Positions 1-20,600 of a stretch of DNA of 64,000 nucleotides are shown in pieces. This DNA comes from Bugula neritina (lineage: Eukaryota; Animalia; Bryozoa): assembly GCA_964035545.1 (NCBI GenBank), contig OZ037765.1, forward strand, positions 8,876,698 through 8,940,697. Reading direction: 5' to 3'. Below the pieces are notes generated by a model. It did not search any database. It saw only the letters and a program-made list of their open reading frames with translations, and was not told where the DNA came from. A program made the translations under genes and the position numbers. Numbering within the stretch: the stretch's first letter is position 1; every line of letters starts with the position of its first letter.

Positions 1-3000
1 AAATATTACCTCTAACCCCAGTTGGGCTCCTATGGTAACTTGCATGTCCTTTGTTGGCCTTTTTGTCTCTTTAAAAATGGCTTGCAATGTTCTACGTTGA
101 ATATCAGTGAAGACCAATCTTGGCTTCTTAGGACCTTGTCTTGTCTCATCACTGGAATGAGACATCATGTCATTCTCCATTTTCCTTTTCATTGGCATGC
201 CAGGATTTGCAGTCCCTGTGAACATGACTTCTATAACCAACAATAATTTATTCCAGTGACTTGTCACTAGATGTGTAACTTTCTTGCACCTATACCACTG
301 GCTAAGGACATAGTAGAGCATGCGGCAAAGCAATTACTGTAATTGTGTGAGAACACAATATATTCTCATAGAAGAGAATTGCATAAATTGGAGCACAACA
401 GCCCATGCCTATTTACTGCATCTAACTACTAAGTAAACTAATTATATTTTCCATACAAGCAATTTCTGTCATGAGGAAACTAACAGAGCATAGGGATATT
501 CTCAATAGGCAACTAGAAAATTATGCGGCCTAGTTAGACACACTCCCTTAACACAGTATAGTTGCTAGTGCATGCATATAGTATATATTATACATGAAAA
601 GTTTCATTTTTTAAATTTACTTTGTGACTCTTATTATGTACCGTAAAATATTTTCTGCTGTATTAATTAAAGAATAAACACTCAAATCATACAGTAAATA
701 CCTACCAGGCTTTATTTTAGGATCTTGCAAGTGCATCATTTGTTGACTGCCTAAAAAAATTAAAATAAAAGTATAACAAATTATAATTGGCTGCTCTAGT
801 ATTTTGGTATATATCCAAAATACAACGGCAATATTTAAGCAAAATTTGGTTGACTGGTTCATAGGGTCAATTAAGAAAGTGGTTACAGTGATTAACCCTA
901 TTGTTCACCAATTTTTGTAGGAAACAACTGAAGCATTTAAAATGCTTATGAGATAAAAATTTCAATGCACCTGTTGGGGAAAATGTATAAGAATTTTCAT
1001 CAATAGTTATCAATAATTAATAAGACGATCCAGTTTTCTTTCATTTCAGTATGTTTAATGCTAGCATACAATAACGCTTTGCCGATTCAACTGGAAAATC
1101 AGCCAGAATGTTCATCCTCAAAACAAAAGGCAAAAAGCAGCCGAAGTTGTTTGCTATTGTTATCATTTGACAGTTATACAAGACTCTGACAAAAGAAGAA
1201 TTTCTTTTGAGCACAAGTTGTTTGCAGATTCACCAAATATTATTCTACACATTCCATATCTGTTGCCTTTCAAACTGTTACATATTAAGATAATTTGTAT
1301 AGTATTGTTTAATATCATGATAGTTGTCAATTCAAACAAAACACGGTTCTTTAGAAAATAATAAGTTTTTCTTTCCTTTCAACTGCCAGGTGAATGTCAT
1401 ATAGAAAGGCAAAGCACTGAGCAGCAGACATATGCAGGGTTTCGAGTTTGATATTAATACGCTGCCAATTTATCTTGTGGCATAACGCTTCAACTTGTTT
1501 GCTTTAGGTCGCGTGGCAATATTTGCATTTTGCTGAGTGTTCTATACATAAACTAGCCATTAGCTGGCCTTTCAAGCCTTCAACTGCTGCAAAGCCTTTA
1601 TTATGTATGACTAAATTGCCTTCAAGCTTCAGCTGTGCTGCGTCAAATGCAACCCAAACACAACGAGTAATCTAATGGAGTGCACCCATAAATAAATTAG
1701 TTCCTAGTCTACAGTATCTCAGCATTGCTAATATATTTTGCTCACAGGCATCAGTTTGTGTTTGTATTATATTATGACTGACTATACTGTAACAGTAACA
1801 TACGGTATATGCTTAACTCAGCCCTATTCTCTCAAGGCTGCGCTTCCCTTCCTCAACTATGTCCATTCACATTGATCACTATGCAGACTGCAAACTTAGA
1901 AATTATACATTTGTAGAACTTATTGATATCTGATGGTAACTAATTAAGTGCAAAGGTGTTCCCCATCAAAATATCAATACGGCATCCCCAACATAGATCT
2001 AAAACTTCCATAATCCAGGCAAGTTTCCAATAAAAATCACAATTTATGAATGGATTTTCTGTGCAGCTGTGAAGCTTTGAGACCATTCTTTATGGATTTT
2101 ATAGATTTCTTCAGGTTGAAGCTATTTGCTGTTTATTATTCACTATATATTATAATATTTATTTCAAATCAATATGTTTTATAGGTCACGTAGGACGTTA
2201 TAATGCAGATATGCTACAGTCGCTAATTGTTATTAGCGCCATTTCACTCCCACTGCAAATCCGTATTTTGAGTGTTACAAAAATATCTCAAATAAAATTA
2301 TCAACGTTGTTAGTAAGTTACAAAGCAGCAGCTCAACTTGGGCAATCCGAGCTGTCCAGCTTGGAAATCTTCTGCCTTCTATAAAACTTTAAATTAGTTT
2401 CTAGCTACAGTTGCCTTCTGCACATAGTGTAGCCTCTTGAGTGGTTTTGTTACAAAACTTCATTAGCAGGGCAAAGCCTCTTCTGTTGTTCTAATATAGG
2501 ATACAATGCACACAGCTACTGCCATCTGCCAACAATAATTAGATGTCTTGTAAACTGAAAACTAGACGCTGACTGGCAGCAGCGTAATACTGTGTAGTTG
2601 TATAGTTTTATCCCATTAGATGAAATACTGAAAGCTTTTAGTGTGCTATATCAAGGAAAGTAATAGACCTGACTAATTGCATACTGAATAATGCTCATTG
2701 CAATTTAATGTCTTTGAAGGCAGTTTCAAGACTTGCCGTGAGTTATTATACCACAAGTTGTGCAGATTTTATATTATGAAATTAATGCAGTTTTCACTAA
2801 ATCAAGCATCCGCCATTATAAGGTGGGTTTATAGTAACGCACAGTGGTAAATGTAGTAGACGATGATGCATCTATGAGGAGTAACAAAGGAGATAATGCC
2901 ATGGCTATCTCTGGGGAGTTGGGCTGTGTAGTTGTGTTTGCAGTGCATTACATACTGTACACTGTTAAAACCTTGAACAACACACTACCACTATTCTTAG

Positions 3001-5231
3001 CAAACCTCCTTACTTACTTAGAAAAAAGTCACCAGCTATTATGACTGCATATATATCTATTCAGCTAGCTTGATCAGTAATAACTTGTAACCTAATCATA
3101 GTTGTGGTGAAGCCTTCAGGTATAGGAGGAAAAAACTTTTTGGAGGGGAAATCCAATCTTGGAAACTAATTTAAGTATATATGAGATCACTATGCAAAAC
3201 AAGTGTGTCCTAACCCAAATCTAAAACCAGTAATTAGAGACTCAACTTAACAAAAAGTAACGTTTTCGCATGGGTGCCTTTTAGTCTTCTTTATTTTTCT
3301 AAAGTTAATGGCTTCATTATTGAAAACAATTTTTTTTCAATAAATATTTAGATAATATATGTGTAACAGAGCGCTACCAAGTTACAGCAACCCACTACTG
3401 AGCCGAAGCAACCAACTCAGTTACCCAATATGGCCGCTTATATCAGGCAGCTAATACTAGTTTTATTTGCTGCCTAATCTTGAGTGAGCTTATTCATTGG
3501 AGATGGCAACTTGAGGATCAAATTTCCTTAGTAAAACAATACAGCTATTTGCAGTACTAGCGCATTTCCTATCAACAGAAAAGGCTTGCATTTTAAAGTG
3601 AGTGCGTCAGGCAGCTGCTTGCTAAAAGACTTCTCACGGGCTCAGTCACATATATATACTCGCATTCATTTACTCACTTAACAGACAAACAAAAACTTAA
3701 AACTGAATTGCTAAAAGTGTGTTTGTGTAAGGAAGCTGTTCTATAAAATACAGCTTTGACACATAACACCCGATTAAAGAGAGCACTTATGTTGGACAGC
3801 GTTAACTCACAATTTTTGTTGCTGCTGCTTGGTGACTAATCTTTTGCACATTCGGTTTAAGTGTACATTACAGCTTTATTAGTTTAATACAACTTTTATG
3901 CCCCCAAGCAAGTTGCTTTTAGGCACAGAGTGTCAGTGATACTGAGTTGGAAGACCAAAAGATGGTAGTACAGGCGAACAAGTCAATGGGCGGAAAGCAT
4001 GTAATTTCGAAAAATAATATAAAAACTGTAATGCAGTGTCATTATACACAACCTGGTGGGAATAGGTTGATATTAACCATATAACAATTCAAAAACATGC
4101 TCAAGCTGAAAGCCCATCTGCCTGATTACATACAGTGCTCTGTTATGGTGGTGATGTAAAGCACATCTTACTTTGTCTAAACTTTCAATAAACCCCGTAG
4201 ATTTTACATGGCGCGTTAGTTTTAGTTTAGAATACAAATTATATTCTCCAGTGTAATTAGCTAACATCATATACAGTATTATAAAACAGCAAATGCTGCT
4301 GCTGCTCACTGATTAGTAAGAGTACGTTGAACTCTATGCTGCTGATTACAACTTATTTTCATTCCTGATAAACAAAATTCTGAATTCATACAGCTGCCAC
4401 TAGTTGCCAGTCTAATGCAAGCACTTGGCTTGCTTAGGCATATGGGCTTATTATTAATCTGAGATAGTACTATCTTTGTTTTGTTTTATTTTTTGTTAAA
4501 AAAAACTTTGCTTTGTCTCTGATGTAGCATTTTTCACAAGATATTTTCATCAGCATAAAATATAAAAATAATAGTGGTATACTAATATTTATGTTGTAAA
4601 TATTGTGAATCAGCTTGCTAGTTGAACTCACACTGAGTATTCTCACAATGTAAACCTCGCACTATAAAATTGTAGATGGCTGGTTAACATTCAAACAATG
4701 CTAATGAATAGAGCCTTTAGGCAAACTGTGCGTGATCTATAGCTCCCAAGTGGTGAATTCTTAATGTGTCACAAGTTCTCTAGATCTAATTAAGTTGAGA
4801 GCTAGCTGCCCAAATGTCACAGTGTCACCAGCACAATAGCCACAGATTTCACTCAAGCATCTCCTAATTGTTTGCCTTGCTATTTAGGCCAGCTCTATAA
4901 ATTGTTTCACCATATATTTTCAATCTTTACACTTTCAGAGCCTGGCATTGATTTTAGAGCAACAGGCTGTGGTATTTTAATAACAAGAATTGCCATAAAA
5001 ATCTATAACTCCCCCAACACTCTGATAACAATATTCACATTGATCACCATTGATCCAAATTCAGATATTTCACTAAGTTCATAGCTCGTAGTATTGATGA
5101 GTTGTAGCACATGTGCAGTTGATAACCACGTGTAGCATAAGTTAGAATTGTAGCATATAGTACTATACTTTTAGTATTCATTTCGAATACCACAACTTTC
5201 AAACATCATTTACTTTGGTTTTAACACTTAC

Positions 5232-6183
5232 CTATTCGGAGAGTGGACATTCTGCTGAACTCTGGCTCTTGCAGCCATTTGTACATTCTTCTGAAGGTCT
5301 CTCGTCCAGATTTGAGCTTACTCCAGGGCTTTGGGTTTCTGAGTAAATCACTTAAAGTTCCCTGGCTTCTACACAGCACTCTTTGTGCAAACACAGCCTG
5401 GGGAATGCTGTATCTCTTTAACTCGCTGCTTATTTTTTGCGCCAAGTCTTTCGTGTTAATTTCATCCATCGGTTCGGATTTCACAGAGTCCATGTGTCTG
5501 TCAGCTCTGGTTTGCATGTGAATAGATTGTCCCGGACTTTGAGACATGTGCATTGCATTGATGGAGTTGGCTGAAATAAGAGGTGTGGGAGACTGCAGAC
5601 TTCTGCCCATCCTTCCTTGATATTCCCCGTATGGTGAGTTAGGTGACATAAGTTTAGGATCATGTTTTGGTGATGCCAGACCATTACTGTAGCTCGGATG
5701 GTAAGCCAATGGCTGACTATACCCGTTCATCATCATACCAGTCCCATAATGCATTGGACTTGAGTTACCAAAGTTCAATTTTTCAACATACCTATAGTTG
5801 CTAGAGTCCATAACAAAGTTACTATTCTGCATCAGTGTGAAACCTGAACTAGCATTTGGTATATGCTGATTAGTGGGTGTTCCAAACTTGTCAGAAACAG
5901 TCGAGATGGGAGGTAAAGGTTGCATACCAGAGAGCGTGGTGTATTGCCCGGTTCCATAGCCTCCCATAGGACTCATTCGGCCGTTTAATGTCTGGTACGT
6001 TGGCTCTGGTATATGAGATCTAAGATCATTGCTGTCAAGAACACTGGCTATACTCACAGATGCTGGATGTTGCCTAGCCGTCAGTGGTGAAAGATCGTGA
6101 GCTGTCATTAAAGGGTCAGTGGTGTTAGGAGAGTTCACGTGATCCTGTTCACCTACAAGATCACCAATGTTCTCCATAGTCAT
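5232..6183 (-). CDS. ONECUT: ONECUT/HNF6-family transcription factor, large coding exon with the CUT domain (homeodomain exon not found in the window)
   Basis: ORF has the N-terminal MTMENIGDL, the conserved YTTLxxxQPLPPISTVSDKF box and the CUT domain EINTKDLAQKISSELKRYSIPQAVFAQRVLCRSQGTLSDLLRNPKPWSKLKSGRETFRRM. It ends at a phase-1 GTAAGT donor at 5231, the conserved ONECUT intron position. Confidence 0.95.
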
Positions 6184-9155
6184 CGTGCCTGTAAAATTTA
6201 ATCGCGCCACTGTCAAACTCTTTATGCTGGTGATATTTTAGCTGGTGAACGGAAACCTCTAAACTTCTAACCAACTTTGAGTATTTAACACTCCGTTGTT
6301 AATAATGGAACACAGCAGTTTATTAGCACTTGAAACAGCGAATGTGCTCTAGTTGCCTTTGTGTGTGTTTAACCACCTAGCTGTGTGGATGCTTATTAAC
6401 ATTAATAGAATCAGCATAGTAGTTGCAACGCATGCGCAATTAGCAATTACGTCAATAAAATACAGATATGTGTATTAAACAATGAACAGGCCTTAAAGAA
6501 CTGTATATGTCATGCAGAATTACTGTAATATGAAAATACAACTATAATTTGAAAGCCCATGCCTGCTGATGTTAATAAACAATACGTTGCTGCTCTATGT
6601 AGCAAATGTACCCAAATAGTGCCTTTGTATACATTCTGTTATTATTTAATTGACCGTTGAAGGCATTTCACTTAGACTTTTTAGTAGACTTACCTGAATA
6701 TAGTTGCAGCACCATAATATCAATTTATTATTGCTGATGTTTTTAACGGTTATAAAATTGTAAGCTACAACTATAATATATAGCTCTGCCTAACACCAAG
6801 GCGCAGTCTGATCTAAATTAATGCCTAAATTAAGCAACTAGAAACAGCTGTGAACTGGCACACTTATGCCACAAGACGTAGTAATTCAATCAGCCAATAA
6901 GAGTTGTTATTTAATGCCTACATGCAGCAGGTGCTATCTGTTCTTACAACAGCAGGATGTAATAAACAAGAGACTCTAGTTTTTTTGTTCTGTCTTCACT
7001 TCAGAATGAACAATTTAATATTATACACCATCGCTATCAGTTGTCCATTCAACTCCCCATACATTAAAATTTGATAAAAGCGCACAATATAGAGGTTTTT
7101 GGTTCAGGAAAGTTGCTTACTTTTTTGACAAGTGTCCAGTTGCAGCTTATTCTAGCTGCTGAATATCCCACAAAAGACCACTAATTTAGATTGTGATTTA
7201 TTATATAGCCATGAAAAATAGCTACTTTATACACTGGAAGCACGTACTAAATAACAATACAATTAACTAAGTATAAAAGTGCAACGGAACTTCATTCATA
7301 CAATTTCTGTCGCCAAAAAAACACAATGTTTGTTTAAATTTACAAACCTGGCTGATGGTGAGCATTTGGATGAGGCATGTATTTGCCAAACCGATGGTAA
7401 GCCATAATAGTAGCAGAAGTCATGAGTGTTGTCACTGTGAAGCTCAGACGCTTTAATTTAGTATAATTTGATTCATGGAATTAATATCTTAGAAGTGAGC
7501 AGCTGCCCAGTTTGCAAGCACGAGCATCCATTGTCAAGTGTCTATAGGCATGGAATGCTGTCTGTAAAAATTATGCATGCCTGCCTTAACATTATCTGCC
7601 CAAACCAACGAGATAGGCTAATTACATAAATGAATCATTTGGTAACATTGATTTTCTCCAGATTTCTATAGCTATTGTCACGTGGTGCACAAAATAAACA
7701 AAGCTTTGTTGGTCGCGTGGCCTCTCAAGTTTAGCCTTTGGATAATCACTTTTTTTGCATTAAACCACTTAACTGTGAATGATTTAACATAGCTCAGCAG
7801 TTTGATATACGTCTGCTATAAGCATAAAACCCTGATATATAATATACACAGCATAATATATGTACGAGTAATATTTTGCCTGTCTCGTTGACATTGCTTA
7901 GTAATTACGCTTCACCTAATGTTTTATCAAACATATGCAGCACACATGATACTGACATTTTGTGCGCTACCACTGAACAAAAGCATTCTATGACAACTAC
8001 TATACATTTTTATTTTAGGCAAGAACAGTTGTTTGTAAAAGCTAGTCAAATATTTGGATATGCATATAATTTTACACACAACAAACACTGTTGGCTAACA
8101 TCATGGCATAATAATACAAACAGACAATTCAAACTGACTTTATAGACAAAAGCTGTGAACAGTTTTTATATGGGAACTCTTATGGATGCATTCAAGGGGA
8201 AACAGGTAGTTTAATACAAAAAGATGCAAACAGGCGCCTGTACAAAGCATGCCTTTTTAAAAAAGACAGATGGTAGTTTGCCCATACGTACGGGCAGTAC
8301 ATTTAACGGGTGTATGACTAAGTATAACAGGGTTTCAGTGAACAACTTAAAAGCGGCACGCTGGAATTATGAAGTCCTAATGCATTAAAGCAATTGCCTA
8401 TAGCAACGCTGCATCTCATAGTTTGTGCAAACAGATAAAATGTCAAATAAATGTAAAGAGAAAGCGTATATACTGCAAGATTCAGTAATCGTAGCTCCGG
8501 ATAGAAGAGAGGCAGTATATATATAATAAAAAGATGTCTTACATTATGAAAGCAGTAGTTTGATAGATTAAATAGCTTCACTCAAACATAATATTGTGAT
8601 CATAGCCACACCTAAATTAGCGAAGTACGCAGTTTCATTACTTTGTAAAAGTTACTAGTTTATTAAAATAACTGAAAAAAATACAAAAATTTGAATAATA
8701 AGTAGCAATCAGGTAAATGGTAATATGCAAGAATAGTAATATATATCATTGTACAAATAACATGTATAAGTAGTTGAATGTAAATATATAATAATATAAG
8801 ATAAAGTTGTATAAAGGCAGTTCCCATTACTACTATATAATAACTAATTCTAATGAAAGCAGCAACATGGAGTGTAAAACTAAATAATTAAATATATGGA
8901 ATTACAATTAGCAATGATAATAACTAAACATATATGCTATAACAAAGATTCGCCTCCAAGCCTTAAAGCAGTACACAATCCATTGTGTGTACTGTCTACA
9001 GAGCAGATGTAGTACAAATTATACCATTCTTTAAATGCTGACAGCATATATAACCAATGAATACTATAAAATAGTATGCTTTAACCACAACTATAAGTAT
9101 AATACAAAGCACATAACAGTAAAGGCTCATTTCAGTGAATGAATTACAGTTTATC

Positions 9156-15285
<6,130 letters not shown>

Positions 15286-17071
15286 TTCATATGCAGCGCT
15301 GACCAATTAGATTTCTTACTATTTTATGTACTACACTAAGTAGATGGTCGCAAAAACCAAAACTTTATGTAAAGCAGCTTGACCTACAAAGAAAAATAAA
15401 TTATTTAGTGAAAAAATTAGTATAAGTTATAAAAAGCATGCATTAATTTAAAAATAGAACTGCATTTGTTTATAAAGCAGTCATGAAAAATTAGATATGG
15501 TGCATAAGTATGGTAGATTGACACTAATATTACTAAATGAGTCATAGTCATTGGAATCATAGTTGGTAAAAAAAAAACTTACAACAGGTGCTTGCAAGTG
15601 ACATGTCAAGCCAAAACAGGGTCAAACAAGTCAACCATACACACCAGTGAAAAAATCAATTAGTATGATTTAAATGTAAGAAATAAAAAATCAACTTTAC
15701 CCAAGACAACACTTATTAGGTGTTGTTACAAAAGATTTTTATACCAGCTATAAGCGGACTAAATTCAACTAAAAAAATCTAAAACTGACAAACTAGCAAT
15801 AGCAGATATATGTATGAGTGATATTGCAGCTAGGTGATGCCAATATATATAACTAACATTTAATATGAAACAACTCAAGTGTTAAAGTAAGAAGGTTGGT
15901 GACTGATTAAGCAGACATTGGAGATTAGGTAGAGAAAAGCAGAATTGATTCATCACATAAACATTTAGGATAAAAATAAAGATACTATTTAAAATGTGTA
16001 GACGATTTCAACAAAACGAATTTAAGAAGTTAAAAGATTGGGCACGATGTTGAATCACAACAAGTTTTTCAAACCTGCATTATAAAGGTGTAAACATAGA
16101 TTTTAAGGCAAAAATCATTATCAGTACCATTAAAGATAGAGATAACGCAAGGTGATTTAATTTCAAACAAGAAATACTTAGTGAAAGGTTATGATTCAAG
16201 AATGAGAAAATTGAAAATTTTACTATTTGTTCGTAAATAATCTCGTTTAATGGAGTAACAATAATGCTAATGTGAAAATTACTTGCAAAATAAATTGTTA
16301 TATGAATATTTACAGTATAAGGAATACAGCATTTTCATTGATTGGATGTTGAGTTTCAGTATTAGATTCAATGAACAAGTGTACTATTCTATGGGTTAGC
16401 ATTCACGGCTAAACTCAGTACACGATTTAGTTGTTACTAATTTTTTAATATTTGGTCACATTTTTAACTTTATATATTATTTATATAATTGCTTAAAAAC
16501 TTTTACTTGTATGTATTTTTTTTAAAACATGTACTTTTGAACAAATCATCTTAATAAATCTAATGCATCCTATTATATTACCACAGCAAAAATGGTTAAT
16601 TATATAATGTACATATGATCACTTGATTTAAACTAGTACAGATATAGCATTCCAATTTCTTACTGTATGATTTTTATTTACTATTTTCACAGGCCAAATA
16701 CAAGAAGCTATCAATTATTTAAGTTATAAACATGATTCCTCATATATTGTAAAATACTGTGCCTGTTTTGAAGCTTTAATGTGTAATCTCAACTTGAATT
16801 TACTGAATGTATGTATCAATTTTTCAACTTTTTGAATAACAATATATTTTAATTTAAAAAAGGCAAATGTTTCAGCTTGTCAATACACTGTAATCAGTGG
16901 TTCAGTGCCACAATCAACATGATTTATGAGCGGCAGTAAATTGATCAATGAAACATGAGTCTGATCAAGACAAAGTCACAACACAGATATCACATGTGGA
17001 AGAAAAAATAACTGGATCTGATTAGACTTGATCATTAATATTTGAAACAAAACAAATAGCCAAATTATACC

Positions 17072-17152
17072 TGAGAGAGGGAGAGAGAGAGGGAGAGAGA
17101 GAAGGAGAAAGAGAAAGTGGGGAGAAGGAGAGGGGAAGAAGAGGAGGAGAAA
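17072..17152. repeat. GA-rich purine low-complexity tract
   Basis: gagagagggagagagaga...gaggaggaga is directly visible. Confidence 0.8.
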
Positions 17153-17299
17153 GCAATTATTGTAGTATAGATGTTTATTATAAAAATAAATAATATTAAT
17201 AATGATATTAATTTCTATGCCTAATATTAGTAAACATAATTTGAAAGAGTGTTGTATGTATCTTGGTAGAGTTAACAGCTAAAAAAGGTAATCCGCCTG

Positions 17300-17745
17300 T
17301 ACATGTGCCCACAATTGGCTTGTTTCACAGATCATCACAGGCAAAGCTGAAAGCCAATGTTGCTTTTTTTGCCAAAATTTTCGGAAGGAGACTGATATGT
17401 CTATTTTTTCTTCTCTGTTGGAAAAATGTATGCGGAGCTTCTTCACGATGCTCTCAACATCTCCACGGCTTTGCTATTGTTTATGAAACATAGAGGGTCC
17501 ACTTGCATACCCTCATTGTCAGAAATAGCTGCCTTGTAGATTGGGTCCCAAGCTACGCTAGCAGACTCAATGCTTTGTGCTCAATCAACCATGCTCTCTC
17601 ACTTTTAGGAGCCCTGTAGATAACTTTATTTTACCATACCCAACCATCTTCTAGTATCTAGTACTTTCTTTGATATATGTTAATTGAACCTACAGTATGA
17701 CACCCAGATACTTCGCAGAGTCCACATGATCTAGGACTGATCCAG
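17300..17745 (-). mobile_element. Degenerate non-LTR retrotransposon (CR1/L2-group) RT C-terminal fragment
   Basis: Frameshifted translation gives LDHVDSAKYLGVIL...IESASVAWDPIY...QQRRKNRHISLL. Confidence 0.7.
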
Positions 17746-18214
17746 TAGTTACTCTTCGGAAGCATTACCATCATAATGATAATATAGATGATAATCATTC
17801 ATAACAGTTGGCATTACGATACGATTTGAGTTTGACTGCCACCTTCAGCATGATAATCACTTTGAAATGCAAATTGCTACTGTAAAAGTGTAACTCACTA
17901 ACAGTAACTGTAGCTGTAAGTGAGTATTACTAAGACAGTTACTAAGATTGGGAGTAGGAGTAATATGCATTAGTAACTGCATTCTTTAACTCTAATAATA
18001 GTAATACTAATGCTATTAGTATTACTATTAGTAAATCACTAAATGACTAAATCAATGACAATGTAATAGTAATACTAAAAGTAATAGTAATACATTTAGT
18101 AATAGTAAATGTAACAGAAAGTACATTTAATTTGCTTATAATAAACTTATAGTTTTTATTAAATTTATTAATATCAATATAAATGCAAAATCATAGCTTA
18201 TGGCAATCAAAATT

Positions 18215-18790
18215 ACAGACCTCTGTGCAAGCTAAGAGAGGTAGAGATGGATTGGGTAGACACAACATACCTGGGGATTGTAATGCAATCAAACCTTAAA
18301 TTTTATCAGCACATTACACCTAAAAATGATAAGGTCTCAAAATCTGGGAGCAATTAAACAGGTTCTACATGAGGCCCCCCAGAGAAGGCAAGCTACTGGC
18401 TTACACTAGTTTGCGCCGTCCCATTTTCGAGTACGCAGATACCAAGTGGGATCCAACATTAGCTAAAGACTTTGAGTCTCTGGAAATATTACAGTAAAGG
18501 GTGGTGAGGTTTATTGCTGGATTAAAGGGACAAGAACGTGTCACTAAGGCATGCTCTCAGCTTGGCCTTCAGCCTCTCAAACAGAGATACAGGACTCACC
18601 GGCTCAATCTCCTCATGAAAATTTTGCAGAAAGAAGAACAACACTAAATATTGGCAATGGCATACGATGAAATCACAGGAGATATGGCAATAACCACTAG
18701 GTCTGCTGCCCGAGGTGAACTGGAATCTATATATGCAAACTAACAAGTATACCAGGGTGGTTTCTTACAAAGAATCATTAGAAACACCAA
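18215..18790 (+). mobile_element. Non-LTR retrotransposon (CR1/L2-group) RT C-terminal fragment
   Basis: TTYLGIVMQSNLKFYQHI...KLLAYTSLRRPIFEYADTKWDP...RVVRFIAGLKG...RLNLLMKIL, with stops and a frameshift. Confidence 0.85.
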
Positions 18791-19059
18791 AGAATCCATA
18801 TAAGAGAAAATGAAAAAATCAACACAATTACCTCTTAACTTTTAGTCCACACTGTAAAACAGATGAGGCACTTTTATAACTTTGAGTGTTTCCAGGTGTT
18901 CTATGTCTTCAAATGCATTTAAAGGTATTATTATTTATTTATTTTATTATTAGAATTTAATATTTATTAGTTAAATTATACTAATACTTATACTTATAGA
19001 ACTAAAAATTACAACTTATAAGTTATTAAGTTCAACTTAAAGTTAGTGTACTGCTACTA

Positions 19060-19420
19060 GTAATTGCAAGTAACTACTACTACTAGTACTACTATTAGTA
19101 CTCTACTAATTCTAAGTAACTCGGTCTAACACTCACACTGTACCAGTGTCCAGTAAATGAGTAATGAGTAACACCAAGTCCAACTAATAGTAATTGTAAC
19201 TGTAATACTTAAATTTATAATATTAACAATAATTACAATAACACTAAGTCTAGTAATACTAATAAATATAATAGTTATTTAGTATTACTAATACTAATAG
19301 TAAATGTAATAGTAATACTTAATACTAATAGTAATAGTACTACTACAGTACTAGTAAGTACTACTACTACTACTACTAGTACTAGTAGTAGTAATACCAA
19401 AAACTAAAAGTAAATCTAAT
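19060..19420. repeat. TA-rich cryptic repeat tract (TAATAG/TAATAC/TAGTAC). Similar tracts at 17990-18120, 24150-24300, 24820-25200, 31140-31310 and 34730-35045
   Basis: Directly visible degenerate (TAN)n runs in both orientations. Confidence 0.75.
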
Positions 19421-20600
19421 AGACTATCATTATCATTATGACAATTGACATCGTCATATTGATATTAATACTCATAGTGATAGTTAATGTTATTCTTATT
19501 GCAATAGAAAACACAAAGTAACAGTAACTGTGAGGTGAAGCTGTAAACCCAGCTGGCTGCTAAGCAGTCCATACAGAGTTCAGTGTGAAACCCAAGTTGG
19601 AGTAGAAATTTAGAGAAAACAAAAACCGCACCTTAGACTTATCCGAAAATTATTTGTGAAATTACGATATAAAATAAGAAAATAAACTCGTCTAAAATGT
19701 CACTGTTGTCTAGTGTGAAATGTTGAGACAACTCTTATTGCAATACACACTATCACTGCTGCACATCGCATTTGAATGCGCCTATATTCTTATGTAGGTA
19801 ATTCATTAACAATAATTACCCTATGTTATAAATAGTTTTCATTCATAAACAGATCGCCTAAGAGATTATTATTATTATTATGTGAACTTCTCTCATCTAT
19901 GTACCATGTACCGTACTTTTGACTATAACGTGTAGCAGTGCAGTGCTCTTTAATCCTTCGAGTTCAGACTAGCATCAAAAGTAAGCATTCTTGTTATCAT
20001 AATAGGTAAAGCTGAGTAGCATGAATCTTGATATATCATTGGAAATAATTGAAAGTTGAATGTGATGTGATCCATGAGATTCATTGAAGTGAATTTGCCA
20101 TAGTAATGAGCTAATTCACACTCCCAACTACAAATTCAAAATGGTATCCATGTTGATAAAAAAGTAAACATTGAAGGAGTATGAAAATCAGCATGAAAAT
20201 ATTGATCTAACTAAATTTATTTAGAAATGTTAGGCTAATTTAAGGCAATGGAAAAATATTAGCTAGATATGAAAATTATCAAAACATCTCATACAAAGAA
20301 TACATACATATAATTTAAGTTAAGTGGTGGCTTAAAAAGATCCTTGTAAAAAATAAAGGAGTGAAAAATGAGAGAAATATCAAACTTGAAAAAGTAGAAT
20401 GAGGATTGATTGGGGGATATTTGGTTACATACCTCAGTTGGACACATTTATTGAATACAATTTAATATTACAACACCTTTTGAATAATTCAAATAATGAT
20501 AATATCATAATTTAAACTTTCTTCATGATATTAGTTTTCTTAACGATGCTGCAATTTAACATGATGGCTATATTAGGTTTAAAATGATATATCATGACTT

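Noticed and set aside
1-5231. ONECUT homeodomain exon and short ORFs
   Set aside because: No KKPRLVFT or NFFMNARRR coding sequence found; the short ORFs look like intronic noise.
17300-18790. Two divergent LINE fragments as one inverted element
   Set aside because: They are too diverged from each other and are separated by unrelated low-complexity DNA; more likely independent insertions.
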